Shown here: in pieces, positions 1 to 9,664 of the stretch
Layout: every line of letters starts with the position of its first letter
How positions within the stretch are numbered: position 1 is the stretch's first letter
Virus record (IMG/VR): IMGVR_UViG_3300021425_002553
Location: 1 to 60,661 of that record
DNA length: 60,661 bases
Source of the DNA: a virus
Taxonomy: Duplodnaviria; Caudoviricetes
Reading direction: 5' to 3' (one strand)
Notes under the pieces: model-generated
Database searches by the model: none
The model's input: only the letters and a program-made list of their open reading frames with translations
What the model was told of the DNA's origin: nothing
Program-made: the position numbers and the translations under genes

Positions 1-108
1 ACTGGCTCTCACTCACAACAAACTGAAAGAGTTGGTAGAATGGTACCTCCCCTCATGATGAAGGCAATCGCCGAAAACATTTACAAAGAAGTTCTATCTA
101 AATTATGA
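1..108 (+). CDS. C-terminal end of a C5 cytosine DNA methyltransferase (partial)
   Basis: Frame 1 reads TGSHSQQTERVGRMVPPLMMKAIAENIYKEVLSKL*, resembling motif X (G-x-x-VPP) at the end of C5-MTases. Confidence 0.65.
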   Translation, partial: TGSHSQQTERVGRMVPPLMMKAIAENIYKEVLSKL

Positions 109-326
109 AACTACTTACTCTCGAAGATTATCAAAAAGCTGGTGAATCATTCTGGCCCAAGTACTGGTATGTTGCCAAAGAACTTGGTGAAGATGCCAAG
201 GCGGAAGACATCCTTAGGGTCATGGAAACTCTTGGTGGTGTGGCTCTCAAGGTTGCTCTTGATGAAAAACTGACAGGACCCTTCGGTTTTAATAAGAAAG
301 ACGAATCAGATACATCAGAAGAATAA
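105..326 (+). CDS. hypothetical protein
   Basis: ATGA overlap with upstream stop; 73 aa. Confidence 0.75.
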   Translation: MKLLTLEDYQKAGESFWPKYWYVAKELGEDAKAEDILRVMETLGGVALKVALDEKLTGPFGFNKKDESDTSEE

Positions 327-348
327 ATATTCAAAAGAGAAAAATCAT

Positions 349-663
349 ATGCTCTCGACTCAATATCGGCTTCGGCTTGAGTTCATTTGTAAATGTATCG
401 CAAATGGTGAAGAGGTTAAATTGGATGACATGATCTGGGCAGAGAAGTTATCAAAGGCTAATACAACTGCCCGTGAAATGTTAAAGAAAGCAAGAAGACA
501 GAACTCTCAAGGTATTCAAGAGGGTACTATCGATGATTTTATGAATAGGATGGGTTTAGGTGACCCCGATCCATCCAACTACAAAACGGGGTTCGATGGT
601 GCCGATGAAATTATCGATTGGTTCCGACAAGATAAACCAGATGATTGGAGGCAACGTGACTAA
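349..663 (+). CDS. hypothetical protein
   Basis: 104-aa ORF following a TAAATA late-promoter core. Confidence 0.8.
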   Translation: MLSTQYRLRLEFICKCIANGEEVKLDDMIWAEKLSKANTTAREMLKKARRQNSQGIQEGTIDDFMNRMGLGDPDPSNYKTGFDGADEIIDWFRQDKPDDWRQRD

Positions 664-949
664 ATTTTTAATGTTTACAAAAGAATCTTGCGGACCATGT
701 GGTCTGGTCAAGAGATATATTAATGCTCTTAAGGATCCCCGTGAGAGTTCTATTCAAGAGATTTATCTTGAGGATGTAAGTGATGAACCCATTCCTGAAG
801 AGAATATTGAACTCGCAAGGAAGTATGGTGTAACTGCTACACCTGTTCTTGTCATTGCTGATGAGGAAGGAGAACTTCTAGAGACTTACATTGGTGGTGT
901 ACCCATTACACAAAACATTCGTAAGTTGTGGACAAAGTACGATGTCTGA
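656..949 (+). CDS. thioredoxin-like protein
   Basis: CGPC active site and cis-Pro motif (YGVTATPVL); likely GTG start at 656. Confidence 0.85.
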   Translation: MTKFLMFTKESCGPCGLVKRYINALKDPRESSIQEIYLEDVSDEPIPEENIELARKYGVTATPVLVIADEEGELLETYIGGVPITQNIRKLWTKYDV

Positions 950-1076
950 AAAGATTACACCTGAGACATACGAAAAGATGAATGAGGAGTTTGAGGAGGA
1001 AGGACTTGCTTTCCGAATCATTGTTCCTACCCAAAAACAAATTGATGAGTGGATTGAAAATGACAGAAACGACTGA
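942..1076 (+). CDS. hypothetical protein
   Basis: MSEKITPETY..., overlaps neighbours in operon fashion. Confidence 0.6.
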   Translation: MSEKITPETYEKMNEEFEEEGLAFRIIVPTQKQIDEWIENDRND

Positions 1077-1332
1077 CGAGAACATCAAGAAACTAAACGC
1101 CGTTCTAGACATGGAATCCGACGCCGAGTTAATTGACGAAACGTTTTACGTTTGGGAGACTCGATTTGGTCTGTGGAGTACAATGACCCAAGAGGGACGG
1201 AAGATGTTGACGGGTCTCACAAAAGAAGCTGTTGTAGATATGACACGATGGCATCTTAAGTGTGAACAAGAAGGTTGGCCACCTGGATCTGTGAGGGTCA
1301 TTAATAATGGTATCGTTGGTGGTAAACTGTGA
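1060..1332 (+). CDS. hypothetical protein
   Basis: MTETTDENIK..., operon-style overlap. Confidence 0.7.
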   Translation: MTETTDENIKKLNAVLDMESDAELIDETFYVWETRFGLWSTMTQEGRKMLTGLTKEAVVDMTRWHLKCEQEGWPPGSVRVINNGIVGGKL

Positions 1333-1496
1333 AGTTTGATTTGAGTATGGAGGATTACACCATCATCCTCAATTCACTTCACTATTATAAAAAGGTAGAG
1401 AAGTATCCCAACTTTGCCCACTTTGATGAGAAACGAATCAATGCATTGAGGGATAAGATGGCATATCAATTGGTCTGGAAACAGGAAGAGACATAA
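1329..1496 (+). CDS. hypothetical protein (55 aa, not in ORF track)
   Basis: GTGA overlap; MKFDLSMEDYTIILNSLHYYKK... Confidence 0.6.
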   Translation: MKFDLSMEDYTIILNSLHYYKKVEKYPNFAHFDEKRINALRDKMAYQLVWKQEET

Positions 1497-1527
1497 ATAA
1501 AAATAAGAAAAAGTAAATTGTAAACAG

Positions 1528-2622
1528 ATGTCTTCATCAATGCGTAACTTTATGGAAGCCTATTCGGCTGTCCATAACACCGAAGCTAAAGAAGCATTGA
1601 CTTCTGGAAGAGATGAGATCACTGAAATGAATCTCTCATCTTTGACTCAATCGGATCTTGACGAGATTGTAGAAAGTGTACTGGAAGGGATGTTCCAGAA
1701 GGGTTACTCTGTTGATTCTGCACATACAATCTTCAGTGAGATGTTTGTTGAGTCAAACATCAAGGGAAGACAAGAAAAGATTGACAGACTTTGTGAGTCT
1801 CTGAACAAAGCATTTGAAGTCATTGACTCTAAAGCATCTACTGTTGCAATGGAAGAGTTTGCAAAGTATAGAAACAATAAGAGACTCCAAGAGTCATGGT
1901 CTGCAAGATTCAATCAAGAGAAGAGAATCGAGAGAACTCATAATCAGTTGGTCGCACAAGAGTCACTGAATGTAAAGACTCTTCTCCTTAAGTTGGTTGA
2001 GAAAGCTGACAAGTCATATCTTGAGACAGATATGAAGAAGAGACAGGCCAACAACGAGAAGGCTCGTAAGGACATGGAGAAGATGGGTACTTCCATGAAG
2101 AACCCTCACTTCGAAGAAGTATCACAAATCCGTAAGGGTTGGGGTGATGCATATGCATCCATCTACGAGAAGAAACTTGATCCCGTTGGTTCGGAAGATG
2201 GTGACGTAGATAACGACGGTGATAAGGATTCTTCAGATGAGTATCTGATGAAGCGTCGTAAGGCCATCGGTAAAGCGATGGGTAAAGATATGAAGAAAGA
2301 GGAAGTCGAACAGGTTGACGAACTCTACAAAGGTAAGCACGGTCAGTCTGAGAAAGAGTATCAAGACGATCGTTCTGATGCAGGCAAGATGATCTCTGGT
2401 GATTCTAAAACCAGTGGTGCTGCATACTCTGCCCGTGGTGTCAAAAACACTGGACCTAATCCTGCAGGTGGATCTAAGAAACCTCAGGCACAAGGTCGCA
2501 TGGGCGCAAAGGACAGAGAATACCTGAAGTATCGTAAGGCAAACCTGAAGAAGGAGGGTGTTCAATTCTCCGAAGCAGAACTTAAGGCATTTGAAGCCAT
2601 TGTAAATAGCTGGGAAGGCTGA
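1528..2622 (+). CDS. putative virion internal protein with repeated (I/L/V)-x-E protease-type sites and a DxDxDG motif
   Basis: Late promoter core upstream; highly charged; FVE/LCE/LQE/LVE/IYE/VDE sites; DGDVDNDGD. Confidence 0.6.
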   Translation: MSSSMRNFMEAYSAVHNTEAKEALTSGRDEITEMNLSSLTQSDLDEIVESVLEGMFQKGYSVDSAHTIFSEMFVESNIKGRQEKIDRLCESLNKAFEVIDSKASTVAMEEFAKYRNNKRLQESWSARFNQEKRIERTHNQLVAQESLNVKTLLLKLVEKADKSYLETDMKKRQANNEKARKDMEKMGTSMKNPHFEEVSQIRKGWGDAYASIYEKKLDPVGSEDGDVDNDGDKDSSDEYLMKRRKAIGKAMGKDMKKEEVEQVDELYKGKHGQSEKEYQDDRSDAGKMISGDSKTSGAAYSARGVKNTGPNPAGGSKKPQAQGRMGAKDREYLKYRKANLKKEGVQFSEAELKAFEAIVNSWEG

Positions 2623-2634
2623 TAACGTGGTCTG

Positions 2635-4689
2635 ATGGACGTTTTTAAATATTTGAAGAAGGCTGATGCTTTCCTTGTCGAGAACGATGAATCTCAGGCA
2701 AGGAAAGATGCTGAACGTGCTGGTGGTGTAACGTCAAAGTTCGGTAAGTATTATAATGATAAAGGTCAGTATGTTGGAAAGGTTGTAGGAGATAAATTTC
2801 AAGCAGCATCTAAGGATGAACTTCTTGATAGGATGGCAAAGTCTCCTGCAGGACAGGCTGAACCAAAAACACTTTCACAATTTAAGAAAGAAGTTCCACA
2901 AGAACCTCAAGCGCCTGTTGGTGATCAGATGGGAAGAGTTGTTCCTGGTGGACCATCATCAACAGCTGTTGCTACTGGTGACGTAAAGGGGATTGAAAAA
3001 GGTTTGATGCGTGGTCGTGGGAACGTCATGAGTCCTGCCAGAAAGGCTCAGGTAAAACAACAAGCACGTGATATTCTTGGTCAACTAGCTGCAGAAAGAG
3101 AGGCTGAGGAACGTGCAGCTGCAGAGGCAGAAGCTCAGGCACAAGCAGAATTTAAGACACAACAAGCAGAGATTCAGGCAATAAATGATGCAGAGGCTGA
3201 ACAGATAGATGTTGATGACTACAAAACTCTTGACGATGTTGTAGCAGAAACACAGGATCAGATTGATTATACAAATGATGATGAGGCATTTGATAGTGAA
3301 TATGAGGAGTTTACTAAAGAAGCTGAGACAATGATGAAGACTCTGGCTGATCGTCAGAGAAAGATGATGGAGAAGAAGTTCGCAAGGTTCCAGGAATCTT
3401 TGTCAACTATTCCAAGTGCAACTGATAAGAGATCATTCCTTCAGTCAATGGCACATGCAAAGACGTTTGAAGGTAGAGTGAATGCTGGTGCAGGTAAGAA
3501 CAATCTTGGATATGCTGATGTTCAAAACCTCATTGCAAACCGTGACCGTTTATTGGAGGGATATGGTGATGGATCTCCAGAGCAGATCAAAAAGTTTGTT
3601 GACTCAGTAAGATCTAACAAAGTATCTGATGAGTTTATTGATGCATCCTTTGATATTCTTCCAGATACATTCAAGAAATCCTTGAGTGGTAAGGGTCAGG
3701 TTACTAATGATAAGTATGTGTCAGATGATAAGGCACATAAGGACATGCACTATCTCGGTAGAAACGAAGATGGAACAATAAGACGAGGTGCTGCTAATAA
3801 TAAGGATAGAGCAAAGTTGATGTGGAGAATTTATCTCGAACAGGGTGGTCGTGACGCATACACAGGTCTTCCTCTTGATCTTCAAGCCATGGACTTAGAA
3901 CACGTTCGTGGTTTTAACAATAAAGATGGTGGTGCACCAGGAAAAGAAGAGTGGGAGCAGAGAGAAAATGATGATAATTTCACTCTGATCAACTCTAATA
4001 TCAATCAGAAAAAGGTCGATTTGTCAATGAAGGACTTCTTCGAAAGAGAAGTTGATGTTCATAAAGATAAATCAGAAGAGGATTTTGGTGGTATTGAAAA
4101 ATTATTTGAGAAACAAAACCAAATCGGTGATGTTGGTGATCAACTTGTAAAGACTCTTCTCGGTGAAGGTGGAAAGGGTCTCGGTGACGGAGTAACTAGA
4201 GAGATTCTTCAAATGCACTTTGGTGAGGATGATGGTAGGTATACAAACCTGAGAAATGAATTCCGTAAAGTGGCAACAGACCCTAAGGATAAGAAGAAAG
4301 CAGCTGGCATGAAGTCGAAACTTGGTAAACAATTACTTAAAGCAACAGGATTGAGTAGAGGTATTACTGATAAATCAGGTAGAAGAACAGTTGCACTTCA
4401 AGAAAATGTCTATCGTGGGTTCTTACAGTCCATGGCTAATGCAGAACCAGGTGATAGGCAGAGATACATGGATGGTTGGGCAGAAGCAATTGCTGCAGGA
4501 AACGAAGCAAGAGAACCAAAGGCTGTCAATAAAAAATTAATTGAACTTGGTCTTATCGATCAGGATATTCTTGATGATAAGAAGGCTGGTAAGGTCTTTA
4601 AGGAGGAGTATGAGACAGTCAAAAGAGTGTCCACTTCTTATGGAAAGTCCTTCCTTTCCAAGTATAATAAGAACAACAAGTTCTTCTAA
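2635..4689 (+). CDS. 684-aa protein with internal HNH endonuclease motif, putative virion internal protein
   Basis: IYLEQGGRDAYTGLPLD..MDLEHV...DDNFTLINSNINQKK matches HNH (Cas9/HNH_4-type) spacing. Confidence 0.65.
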   Translation: MDVFKYLKKADAFLVENDESQARKDAERAGGVTSKFGKYYNDKGQYVGKVVGDKFQAASKDELLDRMAKSPAGQAEPKTLSQFKKEVPQEPQAPVGDQMGRVVPGGPSSTAVATGDVKGIEKGLMRGRGNVMSPARKAQVKQQARDILGQLAAEREAEERAAAEAEAQAQAEFKTQQAEIQAINDAEAEQIDVDDYKTLDDVVAETQDQIDYTNDDEAFDSEYEEFTKEAETMMKTLADRQRKMMEKKFARFQESLSTIPSATDKRSFLQSMAHAKTFEGRVNAGAGKNNLGYADVQNLIANRDRLLEGYGDGSPEQIKKFVDSVRSNKVSDEFIDASFDILPDTFKKSLSGKGQVTNDKYVSDDKAHKDMHYLGRNEDGTIRRGAANNKDRAKLMWRIYLEQGGRDAYTGLPLDLQAMDLEHVRGFNNKDGGAPGKEEWEQRENDDNFTLINSNINQKKVDLSMKDFFEREVDVHKDKSEEDFGGIEKLFEKQNQIGDVGDQLVKTLLGEGGKGLGDGVTREILQMHFGEDDGRYTNLRNEFRKVATDPKDKKKAAGMKSKLGKQLLKATGLSRGITDKSGRRTVALQENVYRGFLQSMANAEPGDRQRYMDGWAEAIAAGNEAREPKAVNKKLIELGLIDQDILDDKKAGKVFKEEYETVKRVSTSYGKSFLSKYNKNNKFF

Positions 4690-4716
4690 TAAATACAATA
4701 TAAGGTATTGATAGAA

Positions 4717-6012
4717 ATGAAGAGTTTCTTAAATTTCTTTTCTGAGGCAAGACAGACCAAGGCTTCCACTAAGGCGAAGCAACTTGGTCTGAAAGGTGAT
4801 GGCCAAGGAAACTGGGTAGACAAAGCTGGTAATATTGTAGCAAGAACTGAAGCTGGTGAACTCAAGTTCACGAGTAGAAAAGGTGGTGCGGAAAGAGAAG
4901 AACCAGGTAAGACACCACAATACAAAACTCCAGAAAGAGAAACATCAAAGAAAGCTTCACAACCTGAGGTAGAAGCTGGTAAGAGAGAAGGTGGAGAGGA
5001 AGAAGATAACGAAACAAAAGGTGGTGATAAGGAAGGTCAAACATTAACTCTGGTGTTCGGTAGATTCAATCCACCAACTGTAGGACACAAGAAACTACTT
5101 GATGCTTCTGCACAAGTTGCTGGTGACGGTGATCTAAGAATCTATCCTTCAAGATCATTTGATCCGAAGAAGAACCCTCTTGATCCAGGTCAGAAGACTG
5201 ATCTGATGAAGAAGATGTTCCCCGATCATGAAGAAGCCATTGTTAATGATGAATCTGTAAAAACAATCTTCGATGCTCTGAAGATTGCAAATGGTGAGGG
5301 TTATTCAAACATCAAGATCGTTGTAGGTTCTGATAGAGTTGCTGAGTTCGATAGTCTTGCACAGAAATATAATGGTGATTTGTATGAATTCGATGAGATT
5401 GAAACAGTCTCTGCTGGTCAGAGAGAAGATGATGCAGAAGGTGTAGAGGGTATGTCTGCATCGAAGTTAAGGAAGGCTGCAGCTGAAGGTGACTTCGAAA
5501 CATTCAGGTCTGGTATTCCAGATAATATTGATGATAAGACTGTCAAGACAATCATGACCACTGTCCGTAAAGGAATGAAGGTCGAGGAGGGTTGGTCACT
5601 CTGGCAAATTGCTCCTAAGTTTGATTGGAAGAGTCTCCGTGAGAACTATATCACTGGTAAGATTTTTAAGATCAATGAGATGGTTGAAAACCTTAACACT
5701 GGATTGGTAGGTAAGATTGTTCGTAGAGGAACAAACTACCTGATCTGTGTGACAGAAGAAGACATCATGTTCAAGTCTTGGATTCGTGATCTCCGTGAGT
5801 ACAATGAAGTTAAGATGGATAGAAAGGTCAGAGTCAAAGGTAAACCCAACACTCTTGCTGGTACCACAGGTTACTTCAAAAATGTAGTTGACATGACACC
5901 AGGATTTGATAAGGGTGAGAAGACTAATCTTCAAGACGGTGGTAAACCATATAAGGGACCTAAGTCAAATTTTAGAGAATTTCTAAATAACTACAGGAAA
6001 AAGAGTATCTGA
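4717..6012 (+). CDS. cytidylyltransferase-like (HxGH-superfamily) nucleotidyltransferase
   Basis: FGRFNPPTVGH, VVGSDR and GMSASKLR motifs; N-terminus MKSFLNFFSEA resembles a T4 capsid-targeting sequence. Confidence 0.85.
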   Translation: MKSFLNFFSEARQTKASTKAKQLGLKGDGQGNWVDKAGNIVARTEAGELKFTSRKGGAEREEPGKTPQYKTPERETSKKASQPEVEAGKREGGEEEDNETKGGDKEGQTLTLVFGRFNPPTVGHKKLLDASAQVAGDGDLRIYPSRSFDPKKNPLDPGQKTDLMKKMFPDHEEAIVNDESVKTIFDALKIANGEGYSNIKIVVGSDRVAEFDSLAQKYNGDLYEFDEIETVSAGQREDDAEGVEGMSASKLRKAAAEGDFETFRSGIPDNIDDKTVKTIMTTVRKGMKVEEGWSLWQIAPKFDWKSLRENYITGKIFKINEMVENLNTGLVGKIVRRGTNYLICVTEEDIMFKSWIRDLREYNEVKMDRKVRVKGKPNTLAGTTGYFKNVVDMTPGFDKGEKTNLQDGGKPYKGPKSNFREFLNNYRKKSI

Positions 6013-6021
6013 TCTAGTAAA

Positions 6022-6780
6022 ATGAAAAGAAATAAACTTTCTGATTGGAGAGAGGACCTCAGAGAAATTGTTGATGTCGAACCAAAGACTGATAAAAAGT
6101 CTGAGAGAAAGATCGACACGAAAGAAGTAAAGAATAAAATCGTCATCAACCCACAGATGACAGAAGCATTTGAAGCGATGGGTGGTACCATTCTTGAGAT
6201 GGAAGAAGTTGATGAGGAAACTCTTGAAGAGAAACTCAGCAAAGAAGAAATTGAGAAGATGCAGGATGAGAAAGATAAGAAAGAAGGTAGAGTACCAGGC
6301 AGGATCAAAGAGGATCTGTCTGCAACTCAAATGAAGAGAGCAAGAAAAGAAGGGGAGATTGCTCGTATTGATATGAAGATTGCTAAAGAGAAAAAGAAAC
6401 TGAGTAAAGATACGCAGTTAGAACCAGTTCAAGAGAAAATTGATTTGAAGAAGGCTGATATGGGTGAGGTCATTACAGACTTCCGTAAATCAGATGCACC
6501 TCAATTTAAAGGTAAGTCCGATAAGAAGATTCAGAAGATGGCCATCGCTGCTAAGTTAGAAGCAGAACGTGGTCCACAGAATGAGGGATTATCTATTGAT
6601 GATCAGATGAGAATCTCTAGAGAATATAATAGAAAGTCTCCTGAAGAAAAGAAGGCAATGAATAAGAAAGCCTTGGGTACTATCAAAAAGGTAAAACGTG
6701 AGAAGGACACCAGGACTGATGCTCAGAAGATGACTGATGCAACTGGTCCTCGTCCTGGTTCTCGTTATAGAGGTGATTGA
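6022..6780 (+). CDS. hypothetical charged protein, putative virion internal protein
   Basis: K/E-rich with several x-x-E sites; CTAAATA upstream. Confidence 0.6.
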   Translation: MKRNKLSDWREDLREIVDVEPKTDKKSERKIDTKEVKNKIVINPQMTEAFEAMGGTILEMEEVDEETLEEKLSKEEIEKMQDEKDKKEGRVPGRIKEDLSATQMKRARKEGEIARIDMKIAKEKKKLSKDTQLEPVQEKIDLKKADMGEVITDFRKSDAPQFKGKSDKKIQKMAIAAKLEAERGPQNEGLSIDDQMRISREYNRKSPEEKKAMNKKALGTIKKVKREKDTRTDAQKMTDATGPRPGSRYRGD

Positions 6781-6810
6781 TACTATATAAGATAGTATTA
6801 GGTATTCACC

Positions 6811-7014
6811 ATGTTTGCATTTTTACTACCACTGGCATCAAAAATCATCACAGATGCAGTTGCAAAAATTCCTGACAACGAGGAACTGGGTGAGAAACTG
6901 ATTGACATTTGCATTGTCATTCTTGAGAAAGCAGTCAAGTTGACCAAGACTGATATGGACGATAAACTTCTGCTCACGGTCGTTCAGGCCATTAGAGCAA
7001 GAGAAGAAGCTTGA
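6811..7014 (+). CDS. hypothetical protein
   Basis: 67-aa ORF followed by a terminator. Confidence 0.7.
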   Translation: MFAFLLPLASKIITDAVAKIPDNEELGEKLIDICIVILEKAVKLTKTDMDDKLLLTVVQAIRAREEA

Positions 7015-7018
7015 TGTA

Positions 7019-7046
7019 TAGGAGACAACTGTCTCCTATTTTTTTA
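7019..7046 (+). terminator. rho-independent terminator
   Basis: TAGGAGACA-AC-TGTCTCCTA followed by a T-run; TATAAATA late promoter follows. Confidence 0.75.
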
Positions 7047-7087
7047 TAAATATTTGAAAGAAAGTAACTTTACAAGGGCACAAAGAC

Positions 7088-7615
7088 ATGGCACTTTGGG
7101 GAAACAACGACAATGTGGGATCTGCAGGTACAGTTTCCCTTAATTACGCAACCGCCACGGTAACTGGTACTGGTACCTCATTTGGTATTGATGGTGGTTG
7201 TTCGGAAGGTGATGTAATCCGTTTTGGTACTAGAGGCAGTGGTAACACATATTATGGTGATGCTGTTATCGTCAGTATTGCTAACTCTGAATCACTGACT
7301 ATTGGTTCAACCATGGGTCTGAGTGGTGCAGCTATTGCTGGTGTAGACTTCACTGTATCTCAACTTCCTAAGTCATCTGTACTCAATTCTGTTTACAGTG
7401 AAGCATCATATGGTACCGATGACTCACTGGTATATGGTGTAAACACACAAGGTGAAGGTATCACTTCAAACACTGAGTACGCATTAACTCACGAAGGTTG
7501 GGTTGGTGTTACAACATATCTTGATAACGAAAATAACTTGAGAGTTAAGACAGAAACTCTGGTTGCAATGTCTGGTATTACAACTGGTGGTATTGACTAC
7601 CCTACTGCTGAATGA
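7088..7615 (+). CDS. putative virion structural protein
   Basis: TATAAATA upstream; G/T/S-rich, MALWG start, HEGWV and RVKTETLVAM motifs seen in T4-like structural proteins. Confidence 0.65.
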   Translation: MALWGNNDNVGSAGTVSLNYATATVTGTGTSFGIDGGCSEGDVIRFGTRGSGNTYYGDAVIVSIANSESLTIGSTMGLSGAAIAGVDFTVSQLPKSSVLNSVYSEASYGTDDSLVYGVNTQGEGITSNTEYALTHEGWVGVTTYLDNENNLRVKTETLVAMSGITTGGIDYPTAE

Positions 7616-7618
7616 TAA

Positions 7619-7999
7619 ATGTTAATTAATGAATTGAATGAGGAGAACTTCCTCATCTTTGCAATTAAAAATTATGAAAATCCACAGGCTGTAACACGGG
7701 AGGATTTTGATAAAGATCTAAGTCGTTTTAGATATATCAAAAGACTCCTGAAAAGATACAAGACAACTGGTGATTTAAAGGTTCATCTTCTGGTGAACCA
7801 TTTTATTATTCTTTACAATATCTTTGGTGACGCAACAACTCCAATGTTGTTCTATAAGATTGATAAAAATTTATGGTCAGCCATAAAATCATTTGTGATT
7901 TTCCTTAATAAGTTACCTGACTACCCTCACACATATATCCATGAGATCGAAGTCGATCAAACTTGTTTAGATGCACTTAATGGTATAACAAATGGATAA
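7619..7999 (+). CDS. hypothetical protein
   Basis: 126-aa ORF in operon upstream of primase. Confidence 0.75.
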   Translation: MLINELNEENFLIFAIKNYENPQAVTREDFDKDLSRFRYIKRLLKRYKTTGDLKVHLLVNHFIILYNIFGDATTPMLFYKIDKNLWSAIKSFVIFLNKLPDYPHTYIHEIEVDQTCLDALNGITNG

Positions 8000-8303
8000 A
8001 GACAAAATTGATAGGTTTGTAGATGCATTTCGTTCGGCAATGTATAATGAGTTCAGTGTCAATGAGGAAGGCATGGTGGCAAATCCTCCTGGGGGAAGTG
8101 GTGGATTTAGTGGGTCCTCCCCTGCTGCTGGTCCTACTGCTGGTTATGATTCCACCCTTAAATTAGACGGTCGTAATAAGTTTGTTAGACGTGCCATCAA
8201 AGACCTGATGGATAGACAACAGAAGAGAAAGGAAAGAAAGGCTAAGAAGAAAGCGTTGGACTACAATCCATACTTTAAACCTCAGAATGGACAATCAAGT
8301 TAA
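7992..8303 (+). CDS. hypothetical protein
   Basis: Overlapping operon ORF. Confidence 0.7.
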   Translation: MDKDKIDRFVDAFRSAMYNEFSVNEEGMVANPPGGSGGFSGSSPAAGPTAGYDSTLKLDGRNKFVRRAIKDLMDRQQKRKERKAKKKALDYNPYFKPQNGQSS

Positions 8304-8670
8304 GATTGCGGTACTAGAACAGAAGATAGAAGACCTGAAACCGATTGTTCTCAGGATCGATACCGCAATCCAAAAATTATCTGAAGTAAATACTACTGTG
8401 AGTAGAATGCTTGCAGTCCATGAAGAGCGAATCTCAAAACAAGAAGAAACTGACACTGTATTGTTTGCAAAGATTGACAAACTCCGTGATAAAATGGACG
8501 GGGATCATGACATCGTATTGCAAAGAATACGTGGACTAGAGAGAAGGGTCTGGATGGCAGTCGGTGGTCTTGCTGTTCTGTCTATAGGAATGAGAGTTAT
8601 GACGACTTTCCCACAACTATTGACAGGTCCCACAGAAGTCTCTACAATAGAAACGAGTTATACTAGGTGA
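8287..8670 (+). CDS. coiled-coil protein with C-terminal transmembrane helix
   Basis: Heptad pattern followed by VWMAVGGLAVLSIGM. Confidence 0.7.
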   Translation: MDNQVKIAVLEQKIEDLKPIVLRIDTAIQKLSEVNTTVSRMLAVHEERISKQEETDTVLFAKIDKLRDKMDGDHDIVLQRIRGLERRVWMAVGGLAVLSIGMRVMTTFPQLLTGPTEVSTIETSYTR

Positions 8671-8671
8671 T

Positions 8672-9664
8672 ATGGATTTTATTGATGTTAAGTACATCAA
8701 TCTGATTTCCTCCCGACTACCAAAGTTCAAAAAGGTAAAACCGCATTTGTACAATTTTCGCTGTCCGATTTGCGGTGACAGTCAGAAGCAAAAGAATAAG
8801 GCACGAGGGTATCTGTATCGCGTAAAGAACAATACCAACTACAAGTGTCACAATTGTGGTATCAGTATATCCTTCAATAGTTTCTTGAAGGATCTTGATC
8901 CAGAGACACACAAAGAGTATGTGTTCGAAAAGTTTAAGGATGGGAAGAGTGGTAAGAATTTCCAGACGGAAAATCCTGAGGACATATTCAAGAAACTAGA
9001 TACATCGAAACCGACTTTCAAGAAGAAGATCGTGATCGATTTACCAGACGCATTTAGTGTTGAAGTCTCAAAAAGATATCTCATGGACAGAGCTATCTTT
9101 ACTGGGACATATTTCTATGCAGAAAACTTTCAGGAGTTTGTCAATAGTATCAAACCAGGGTCGTTCGATAATCCAAAGTTTGGAGAGAAACGTATTGTCA
9201 TTCCTCTTGTCAGGAATAACAAACTGATTGGTGTTCAGGGGAGAGCACTCTCTTCGAACCCTATTAAATACTTAACCATCATGTTGGACGACGATGCTCC
9301 CAAAGTTTTCGGACTTGACACAATCGATAAGAAACTACCAGTCTATGTGGTCGAAGGACCCTTCGACAGCACTTTCATCAACAATAGTGTGGCTCTGTGT
9401 GGTAGTGATGGTGAAGTTAGTGATCTTGAAGGAAGCGACAAAGTTTTTGTATATGATAATGAACCCCGTAATAAAGAAATTGTTACTCGAATTGAACGAT
9501 GTATTGAACGGGGAGAACGAGTCGTCATCTGGCCCTCCAACATCAGGGACAAAGACATAAATGACATGGTTCTATCTGGACATAAAGTCCAAGAGATAGT
9601 AGAATCAAACACCTATAGTGGTTTACAAGCAAAACTCAAATTTACAACCTGGAAAAAGATATGA
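8672..9664 (+). CDS. gp61: DNA primase (T4 gp61-like)
   Basis: Zn ribbon FRCPICGDS...CHNCG; TOPRIM motifs VVEGPFDS, YDNEPRN, KDINDM. Confidence 0.95.
   Translation: MDFIDVKYINLISSRLPKFKKVKPHLYNFRCPICGDSQKQKNKARGYLYRVKNNTNYKCHNCGISISFNSFLKDLDPETHKEYVFEKFKDGKSGKNFQTENPEDIFKKLDTSKPTFKKKIVIDLPDAFSVEVSKRYLMDRAIFTGTYFYAENFQEFVNSIKPGSFDNPKFGEKRIVIPLVRNNKLIGVQGRALSSNPIKYLTIMLDDDAPKVFGLDTIDKKLPVYVVEGPFDSTFINNSVALCGSDGEVSDLEGSDKVFVYDNEPRNKEIVTRIERCIERGERVVIWPSNIRDKDINDMVLSGHKVQEIVESNTYSGLQAKLKFTTWKKI

Noticed and set aside
2635-4689. Cas9/IscB or CRISPR system
   Set aside because: Only the HNH motif is recognisable; no RuvC motifs and no repeat-spacer array anywhere in the window
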